Below are positions 57,584 to 64,000 of a DNA stretch of 64,000 bases, piece by piece. The position numbers were made by a program, and so were the translations under genes. The stretch spans positions 6,108 to 70,107 of the forward strand of contig JBGUMU010000031.1 of assembly GCA_045116995.1 (NCBI GenBank), given 5' to 3'. The first letter of the stretch is position 1; each line of letters begins with the position of its first letter. The notes beneath the pieces are model-generated. The model was not told the origin of the DNA, did no database searches, and worked only from the letters and a program-made list of their open reading frames with translations. Source of the DNA: Bacilli bacterium. Lineage in GTDB: Bacteria; Bacillota_I; Bacilli_A; RFN20; CAG-826.

Positions 57584-58279
57584 TTAAATCTTAATTAACT
57601 TATTACACTTAGAACATCTTAAGCCATTAGGCACAATAGAGAGTATGCCCCCACAGTCGGGGCATATTTTCTTTTCTATCGCCATTCTTAATTGCTTTTG
57701 ATGTTCTCTTCTATCTTTAGTGATTTTCTTAATACTTTCTAAATGCATCTCGTCATTCACATATGCTTCATTATCTAGAAGTGTTTGATAGATGGATTCA
57801 ATCGTGGATTCTGATAATGGTGTATCACTAGTGACGAGATTAATACGCTTTAAGATATCTTGGATACCACAGACATTGAATAAATCTAATTCATCAACAT
57901 TGTTTTTAACAAAGACAACAAAGCAGTAGATAGGGCAGTCTTTTCCAATGATTCTTTTAATGACTCTGATATGTGATTGATTTTGTTTTAAAGGATTATG
58001 GAATGTTTCAGTTTTGACTCTACCTTTACATGGATATGTCTTTTTCCAATATGAATCATCTTCTAAACCAGTAATCTTTCCATAATGGTTTTTAGTTTCA
58101 ATAACAAAAATACCATTTTCTCTAATGAGAATATGGTCTATTTGATGAGAGACATTATTGTCCCCTAATAACACTAGATTATTGATTAAACGATGAAAGG
58201 AAGGATCTCTATCTAATTCGTTAGAGACCAGTTGTTCACCTTCTTCTCCACGTTTAAGCTTTCTAGATTGTTTCGCCAT
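57584..58279 (-). CDS. NERD-domain protein with C-terminal zinc ribbon
   Basis: HQIDHILIRENGIFVIETKNHYGKI NERD core. C-terminal CPDCGG...CSKC. Confidence 0.75.
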   Translation of the reverse strand: MAKQSRKLKRGEEGEQLVSNELDRDPSFHRLINNLVLLGDNNVSHQIDHILIRENGIFVIETKNHYGKITGLEDDSYWKKTYPCKGRVKTETFHNPLKQNQSHIRVIKRIIGKDCPIYCFVVFVKNNVDELDLFNVCGIQDILKRINLVTSDTPLSESTIESIYQTLLDNEAYVNDEMHLESIKKITKDRREHQKQLRMAIEKKICPDCGGILSIVPNGLRCSKCNKLIKI

Positions 58280-58694
58280 TGACGATAGGTTTTAAATATT
58301 CAAGAGTATTCTCGTTTAATAATTCATTTAATAAGAAACCGAATGATTCAATCACCGCGTTCTCGCTTTCTAAGCCAATCGCTGTGTAATGTAGTTCTAA
58401 ATAGTCTCTATTTTTGATGTTAGTGATGTACGCTCTAAACCAAGGATTATTATCGTTAAAAGCGTTGATGAGATATAAGTTATCATAAGTGCTTTCAATG
58501 ACATCGAATGTTAAGAATAAATGAATTGTGCCGGCTTTATAGACCACTAAACGACAATATACAGAATTAGTGAAGTAAGCTTTTGCAGTTAATTGTGTGT
58601 GAAAAGTAATAGATTCAGCCTTTTCTTCTTCGACTTGTAAACCGATTTTCTCACTGTATTTTAATAATCGTTCTTTTAAAGTTAAAAGATTCAT
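58263..58694 (-). CDS. Hypothetical protein, possibly YbjN-like (chaperone/sensor fold)
   Basis: 143-aa alpha/beta protein. Overlaps the NERD gene start by 17 nt, so the two form an operon. The YbjN assignment rests on general pattern only. Confidence 0.3.
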   Translation of the reverse strand: MNLLTLKERLLKYSEKIGLQVEEEKAESITFHTQLTAKAYFTNSVYCRLVVYKAGTIHLFLTFDVIESTYDNLYLINAFNDNNPWFRAYITNIKNRDYLELHYTAIGLESENAVIESFGFLLNELLNENTLEYLKPIVNGETI

Positions 58695-58771
58695 AGAATA
58701 TGTCTCCTTATTTGAGAGTGAAATTATTATACCATAATACTTTGAATAATTACTGCATGTGTGTAAAATAA

Positions 58772-59491
58772 GTGGGTATGAAATTAAGTATCGTTGTCCC
58801 TTGCTATAACGAAAGCAAAGATATTGCCAAGAATAGTGAGATTATTAAGAACTATTTAGAATCAATCAAACAAGATTACGAATTAATCTTAGTTAATGAT
58901 GGAAGTAAAGATAACACTAAGGAAGTTATTGAATCTATTCCAGGTGTTAAAGCTTTATCGTATGAAGTTAACCGCGGTAAAGGTGGCGCGGTTAAATATG
59001 GCATTGAGAATGCCACTGGTGACTATGTTTTATTCATGGACGCGGATTTATCCACTGATTTAGAAGCAGTGGAAAGATTTATTAAATTAGCTCCTAACTA
59101 TGATATGGTCATTGGAAGTAGACACGCTAAAGATAGTGTGATTAAAAAGAAACAACCAGTCTTAAGAGTGTTCATTGGTTGGTGCTGCCGTAAACTTGTT
59201 AATATGAAGTTCCACTTCAAATATAAAGACACACAATGTGGCTTTAAAGCGATGAGAACAGATATCGCTAAAAAGATCGTGGCTAAACAAGTCGTTAATA
59301 ACTTTGCCTTTGATGTTGAATACTTATATATCGCTAAGCTAAATAACTTATCCATTTATGAAATGGGCGTCATCTGGGCGGATGATCGTGGCAGCACTGT
59401 TTCACCATTAAAATCATCCATTAAGTTCTTTAAGGACTTATCATTTATTAAAAAACACAAAAAGACTTATCTATTTGATGAAGAAAAGTAA
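58772..59491 (+). CDS. Glycosyltransferase family 2 (polyprenyl-phosphate glycosyltransferase-like)
   Basis: LSIVVPCYNE...LILVNDGSKDNT, FMDADLS (DxD), NRGKGGAV. The likely start is ATG 58778. Confidence 0.85.
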   Translation: MGMKLSIVVPCYNESKDIAKNSEIIKNYLESIKQDYELILVNDGSKDNTKEVIESIPGVKALSYEVNRGKGGAVKYGIENATGDYVLFMDADLSTDLEAVERFIKLAPNYDMVIGSRHAKDSVIKKKQPVLRVFIGWCCRKLVNMKFHFKYKDTQCGFKAMRTDIAKKIVAKQVVNNFAFDVEYLYIAKLNNLSIYEMGVIWADDRGSTVSPLKSSIKFFKDLSFIKKHKKTYLFDEEK

Positions 59492-59515
59492 GAGCCTTTG
59501 GCTCTTTTATTTTTA
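59491..59515 (+). terminator. Intrinsic terminator
   Basis: AGAGCC-ttt-GGCTCT followed by TTTATTTTT. Confidence 0.55.
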
Positions 59516-59568
59516 AAATAAATAATACTATAACACTTGCAAATGCACTCTAAATATAGTAAAATAAG

Positions 59569-60189
59569 GTGCAAATGAAAGAAAATACTAACTATTCAAA
59601 GATTCAAAAACTATTTAAAAACAATGGTGGTTTCATCACCAGAGCAGATATTGATGCCGCTGATATACCATCATGGTTTCTTTCTGATTTTGTGAAAAGA
59701 AATAACCTGATAAAAGTGGCGCCAGGTTTTTATGCTTCTAACGATTTTCTAGTTGATGATCTGTTTGTTCTTCAAAAGAGATTTTCAAAATACATCTTTT
59801 CAGGAATGAGCGCCCTGTATCTACATGGTCTTACCGATAAGATTCCGACTGCAATAGAAGTTACTGCGCCGCAAAGCTATAATCCATCTAGAAAGGTAAT
59901 TGATAATCTCTCCATTCATAAAATTTCTAATGATGATAAATATCGTCTTGGAATAGAAGAAGTAAAAACAATGTTTGGCAACATCGTTAAAGTATACGAT
60001 GCGGAACGCACCATATGTGATGTTATAAAATATCGTGATAGATATGACTCTGAAACATTTGTTAAAGCAGTTAAGTCATATATTAAAAATACAAATAATC
60101 AAATCAAACTCTTTAGGTACGCTAAAGAACTTGGAATAGAAAAGAAAGTTTATGAAGTAATGCAAGTTCTTACCAACGATATCTATTGA
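59569..60189 (+). CDS. AbiEi-family (type IV TA antitoxin / transcriptional regulator) protein without adjacent AbiEii toxin
   Basis: NGGFITRADIDAADIPSWFLSDFVKRNNLIKVAPGFYA (AbiEi_4 wHTH pattern) and ERTICDVIK. The likely start is ATG 59575. Confidence 0.65.
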   Translation: MQMKENTNYSKIQKLFKNNGGFITRADIDAADIPSWFLSDFVKRNNLIKVAPGFYASNDFLVDDLFVLQKRFSKYIFSGMSALYLHGLTDKIPTAIEVTAPQSYNPSRKVIDNLSIHKISNDDKYRLGIEEVKTMFGNIVKVYDAERTICDVIKYRDRYDSETFVKAVKSYIKNTNNQIKLFRYAKELGIEKKVYEVMQVLTNDIY

Positions 60190-61250
60190 ATAATCAAGTC
60201 AATGAGTAAATCATCACTTAATAAGTTAGACAAATCATCATCATTATTAATGACGAGGTTTTTTGTTGCTTGATAGAAGTGATTAATCACTCTATCAGTG
60301 GCGGTCTTAGCCTTCTTGTAGTTATCTTCCGAGAGGCCCTCCAATGATTCTTCAATAAGAGTAATCATGCATCTTCTAAGCATCGCGATAAGAGAAGTCT
60401 CTAACCAACAGTCAATAGATTTATTAACTTGTTTTAACTTGATATATAAATCTAAACCATCTTCTGGTGTGTGCCATAAGTCAGCGAAGATATAATCATA
60501 TTTATTATTCTTACTAATATATTTAATCGCATCATCTTTGATGATAGTAATCTTATTTTTATTGATAAAATGAGAGAATAATAAGTTATTAAATAGATTA
60601 ATGATGTTTTGATCTCTTTCAATAATAGTGATGTGCTTAACTTCATCTTTAAGTGCCATCATAAATGGTACATAGCCCATACCTAGACCGAGCACTAAAA
60701 CGTTACCGTGTCCCTTATCTATATATGGTTTCATTGTTTCTATTTCATTTGGATTAAGTGACATCCAGATGTTATTACCTTCGCATAACGCTAAATATGA
60801 GAATGGCTTTTTAAAATAACCAATAGCACTGTATTCTTTATAGTCTTTAGTGACACTTATTTCGTCATAAGCGAATGTTTGATATGGAGCATAGTCAATC
60901 ATTCTTAAAGCATATTGTTTATATCTACCTGTAGCCTTAATCCTAGAAGCGTACTCGTTATTTAAATAATCTTTTGCCTCTAAACATTTAATACGGTCAG
61001 AGACAAATTCAGTTAAGATGGTATCTAATTCTTCATCTCTTTCGATATTAAATTCACCACAAATAATCGCCGCCATCGCTTCCGCTTCGCTATGGCCTTT
61101 TTTAACAAAGTAATCAATCTTGTCTCTAGAAAAGAAATCGGTATAACTATTTACTTCGTTAAATAAACCCGCGATCCAAGTATTAATTTGGTTAATGCGG
61201 ATTATTTCATCTATTTTGGTTTTTAATGTGGGATTATTAGTGATTTTCAT
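60183..61250 (-). CDS. Spermidine-synthase-like / class I SAM-dependent methyltransferase-fold protein
   Basis: VLVLGLGMGY (motif I), HITIIERD, IKDDA, YDYIFADLW. The spacing resembles aminopropyltransferases. Confidence 0.5.
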   Translation of the reverse strand: MKITNNPTLKTKIDEIIRINQINTWIAGLFNEVNSYTDFFSRDKIDYFVKKGHSEAEAMAAIICGEFNIERDEELDTILTEFVSDRIKCLEAKDYLNNEYASRIKATGRYKQYALRMIDYAPYQTFAYDEISVTKDYKEYSAIGYFKKPFSYLALCEGNNIWMSLNPNEIETMKPYIDKGHGNVLVLGLGMGYVPFMMALKDEVKHITIIERDQNIINLFNNLLFSHFINKNKITIIKDDAIKYISKNNKYDYIFADLWHTPEDGLDLYIKLKQVNKSIDCWLETSLIAMLRRCMITLIEESLEGLSEDNYKKAKTATDRVINHFYQATKNLVINNDDDLSNLLSDDLLIDLIIQ

Positions 61251-61340
61251 AGTTTAATTCTATCGTAGTTTACTAACTAATAGATGAAAAATTGATTTTT
61301 TAATCTATAATAGTGTATACCATACTTGAGGAATCCATTT

Positions 61341-63011
61341 ATGAAAAAGTTTTTTAGAGGTTTAATCATTACTTTAGTCGTTCTCATCATCTTACCAATT
61401 GCCCTTATCTTCATTTTCTTATTCGATACAGGAAAGATGAAAGTCACATATGATGATAACTTCCAAATGGAAAAATGGTCTCAAGCTTTAGTGGTGGATT
61501 CCTTAGATAATACCGAAACACAAAAGAAAGCGAGATTTACTGTTACCGAAGCGGATATCAATAACATGTTCTACTCTGGTATTAAGGGTAACACTCAAAT
61601 CCAAAAGTATCTCACTCAATTTGTCTTAGATATCCAAGAAGATGCTTATACCTTAAATGTCTCTGGTAAGTTCTACTTCTTTGAAACAAGAGCAAAGCTC
61701 ACTGCGAAATTAAGCAAAGATCAAATCGATGGTAAAAACGCATTTATCTTAAGCGTTGATAAGATGTCTGTTGGTAGACTTACACAATTAAAACCAATCG
61801 TCATGTTCTTTTTAAATAGATTCTTAACAGACGATACCTTAGATGCTTTAACAGCGAATTTAAAATTACATACTGATTTAGCCAATTCTCGTTTATATAT
61901 CTACACTGAAGATTTAAGAGACATGATTAATCAAGGCCTCGCGGGTGGTTCAGGTACTTCTGATTTCTACTTTGCCTTTATTAATGACTTCTTAGATATG
62001 AACTTAGTGTCATTTGATTTCTATGGTGGTGATTCACTTACAGTAGATATCAACTTAGAACCATTAACCGGTAATGACTATGACGCTAGTGCGGGTGATA
62101 ATGTCTATTATCCAATGCACTATGAAAATACATTAACTAAACTCACCATTAATGGTGAACAAAAGCAGTTATCTCTTAACGTTATTAGAGAAGCACTTAT
62201 CACTTTAATGAATGAAGGTGAAATTACACCTGCTAATTTATCAGCGGTTAGTAACTATTTGTTTGAAGGCGCTAATGGTAGTAACGTTCCAAGCTGTGAC
62301 TTATCTAAGATTGGTATTACCGCTCCTGATACATATCCAGGTTTTGGTTTGGTGACTGCTTCTTCAATCGATGATATGTTACAAGGTGCTGTTAGTACTT
62401 ATGATGGCTATGTGACTGATCCATCAATCACCAGCTTTGATATCGCTACTTTAAGAGAAAGTGATATCAACCTCTTCTTAAAATCACAAAGTTGCTTTGG
62501 TAATAAATTCTTCTTATCAAGACAAATCAGTGAAGGTGACTTTAAAGCTAACTACATTGCTTTAGATAATGCCTATATGAATATCTATGGTAATGACGCT
62601 ATTATCTCTATTGGTTTAAATATCAATGGTTTAGAAACAATTATTACCTTAAAGATGGTCGTGGATTCTTCTAATGAAGATACCAGTAAATTAGTCTATA
62701 AAGTTGATAAGGTCTACTTTGGTAAAGAAAGTGAAAACTTAACAGTCAGTGATGACACTAAGAGTGTGATTTTTGAAACAATGGCGGAAGCCGTTAATCA
62801 ATCATCCTTCAAGTTTGATAGATCGGGTAAAATGACTATCTCGTTTGATGCCTTAGTGGCCACTGCCTCTAATAGTGTTGATACATCGACTCCAATGGGC
62901 ATTGCCTATAAAACATTCTTACAAGCCACAGGCACAAAATACTCCGTGAGAGTGGATGGTAACGCTGTGACTGATAACTCCGCAGTAAAGATTGTCGCTT
63001 CTCGTGACTAA
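61341..63011 (+). CDS. Membrane-anchored extracytoplasmic protein of unknown function
   Basis: ATG 61341 lies 8 nt after GAGGA. Single N-terminal TM (FFRGLIITLVVLIILPIALIFIFLF). The ORF track starts at TTG 61326. Confidence 0.5.
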   Translation: MKKFFRGLIITLVVLIILPIALIFIFLFDTGKMKVTYDDNFQMEKWSQALVVDSLDNTETQKKARFTVTEADINNMFYSGIKGNTQIQKYLTQFVLDIQEDAYTLNVSGKFYFFETRAKLTAKLSKDQIDGKNAFILSVDKMSVGRLTQLKPIVMFFLNRFLTDDTLDALTANLKLHTDLANSRLYIYTEDLRDMINQGLAGGSGTSDFYFAFINDFLDMNLVSFDFYGGDSLTVDINLEPLTGNDYDASAGDNVYYPMHYENTLTKLTINGEQKQLSLNVIREALITLMNEGEITPANLSAVSNYLFEGANGSNVPSCDLSKIGITAPDTYPGFGLVTASSIDDMLQGAVSTYDGYVTDPSITSFDIATLRESDINLFLKSQSCFGNKFFLSRQISEGDFKANYIALDNAYMNIYGNDAIISIGLNINGLETIITLKMVVDSSNEDTSKLVYKVDKVYFGKESENLTVSDDTKSVIFETMAEAVNQSSFKFDRSGKMTISFDALVATASNSVDTSTPMGIAYKTFLQATGTKYSVRVDGNAVTDNSAVKIVASRD

Positions 63012-63451
63012 ATATTCTTAAATATATCGTGAATACAGTCTGTGATTTCATCGCAGACTTTTTCATATCTACCTGTATACCAAGGATCTTCTATCTCGTA
63101 TATAGATGGTGTGTATTTATTTATACGATAAATAATCCCCTTATAGTTATTTAATTGTCTAAGTAATGAATAGTAGTTTTCATCATCCATGCAAAAGATG
63201 TAATCAGCATTCTCATAATCTATTTGTCTAATACGTTGCGCAGCATGAGGATACATTGGTACCCCTCTTCTATATAACTCTCTTTTCATTGGAGGATAGA
63301 CATCGTTACCGATTTCTTCAGAAGAAGTCGCTCTTATAAGAATAGTAAATTCTTTATCTCTACCATGTTCTTTTAAGTATTGCTTTGCAATAAAAGCCGC
63401 AGCAGGGCTACGGCATATTGAACCATGACAAACGAATATTATGGTTTTCAT
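63008..63451 (-). CDS. Low-molecular-weight protein-tyrosine phosphatase
   Basis: P-loop FVCHGSICRSP (CX5R-S) and DPWY Asp loop. 147 aa. Confidence 0.88.
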   Translation of the reverse strand: MKTIIFVCHGSICRSPAAAFIAKQYLKEHGRDKEFTILIRATSSEEIGNDVYPPMKRELYRRGVPMYPHAAQRIRQIDYENADYIFCMDDENYYSLLRQLNNYKGIIYRINKYTPSIYEIEDPWYTGRYEKVCDEITDCIHDIFKNI

Positions 63452-64000
63452 TATTCTAACTCGACAGCGCCTGTATAAAGTTGATAGTAGGCGCCTTTTT
63501 CTGCGATTAGTGATTCGTGATTACCTCTTTCGATAATCTCACCTTTATCTAACACTAAAATGTAGTCAGCGTTTTGAATAGTAGATAATCTATGGGCAAT
63601 AACAAATGTAGTTCTACCTTTCATTAATTGATCCATACCTTTTTGGACAAGTCTTTCAGTACGGGTATCAATAGAGGATGTCGCTTCATCGAGAATCATA
63701 ACAGGAGCATCCGCAACAGCGGCTCTAGCAATAGAGATTAATTGTCTTTGACCTTGAGATAAGTTTGCACCATCGCCTGAAAGCATAGTGTTGAAGCCTT
63801 GAGGTAATCTCATAATAAAGTCATATGCATTAGCAATCTTCGCAGCTTCATAGACTTCTTCATCAGTCGCGTCTAATCGACCATATCTAATGTTGTCCAT
63901 GACAGTACCAGTGAACAAGTTCACATCTTGTAAAATCACGCCTAAAGAGTGACGTAGGTCGTCTTTTTTAATTTTATTAATATTTATGCCATCGTAACGG
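63451..64000 (-). CDS. ABC exporter (MsbA/multidrug type) ATP-binding C-terminal part; 5' end lies outside the window
   Basis: Frame stays open to the window edge (..DGININKIKKDDLRHSLGVILQDVNLFTGTVMDNI). Signature LSQGQRQLISIARA, Walker B MILDEATSSID, H-loop IAHRLS. Confidence 0.85.
   Translation of the reverse strand, partial: RYDGININKIKKDDLRHSLGVILQDVNLFTGTVMDNIRYGRLDATDEEVYEAAKIANAYDFIMRLPQGFNTMLSGDGANLSQGQRQLISIARAAVADAPVMILDEATSSIDTRTERLVQKGMDQLMKGRTTFVIAHRLSTIQNADYILVLDKGEIIERGNHESLIAEKGAYYQLYTGAVELE

Noticed and set aside
1-64000. Search for CRISPR arrays, tRNA/rRNA genes, IS elements, integrases and long direct repeats marking island borders
   Set aside because: None were recognised by eye. 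All sizeable ORFs are accounted for and the intergenic regions are short. Exact repeat detection needs a computational self-alignment that I cannot run.

Overview
Low-GC bacterial chromosome segment that uses the standard genetic code (TGA is a stop, TGG is Trp), with Shine-Dalgarno sites and tightly packed genes. It looks like Bacillota or wall-less Acholeplasma/Erysipelotrichia-type, but that taxon guess is inference only. I recognise three blocks. (1) 1-17.5 kb is a Wzx/Wzy-type capsule/exopolysaccharide locus: CpsC fragment, CpsD BY-kinase, CpsB PHP phosphatase, a NusG-paralog antiterminator, an initiating phosphotransferase, four glycosyltransferases, Wzy and Wzx. It also carries two ATP-grasp ligases, a carboxyethyl-ornithine-synthase-like dehydrogenase, a CapA-like protein, Ugd, a UDP-GlcA epimerase and an M14 peptidase lipoprotein. 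A probable lysine riboswitch controlling an amino-acid ABC transporter follows, then rfbB. (2) About 22-52.6 kb is a dense, NAD-centred defence island. It holds an RT-nitrilase (DRT1/UG-like), a Zn-ribbon-TIR-STAND-TPR protein and a tightly coupled cupin-NUDIX / HD / tandem-TIR trio. A co-directional array follows: multi-TM protein, two TerB-like paralogs, a Sel1-like protein, a soluble VirD4/TraG-like ATPase, and a catalytically dead plus an active but N-terminally truncated ClpP. The island continues with RyR-domain proteins, a DUF4062-STAND with a beta-rich partner, a TIR-methyltransferase fusion and a DUF2971 + PD-(D/E)xK-SIR2 pair, interleaved with aminotransferase genes. (3) 52.7-64 kb is mainly housekeeping: gdhA, an HTH-GlmM fusion, a GlmU-like acetyltransferase, nagB, a GT2, an LMW-PTP and an ABC exporter fragment. 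It is sprinkled with orphan defence/TA remnants (RelB/DinJ, NERD, AbiEi). I recognised no rRNA, tRNA, CRISPR array, integrase or transposase. All domain calls come from motif reading by eye and no searches were run.
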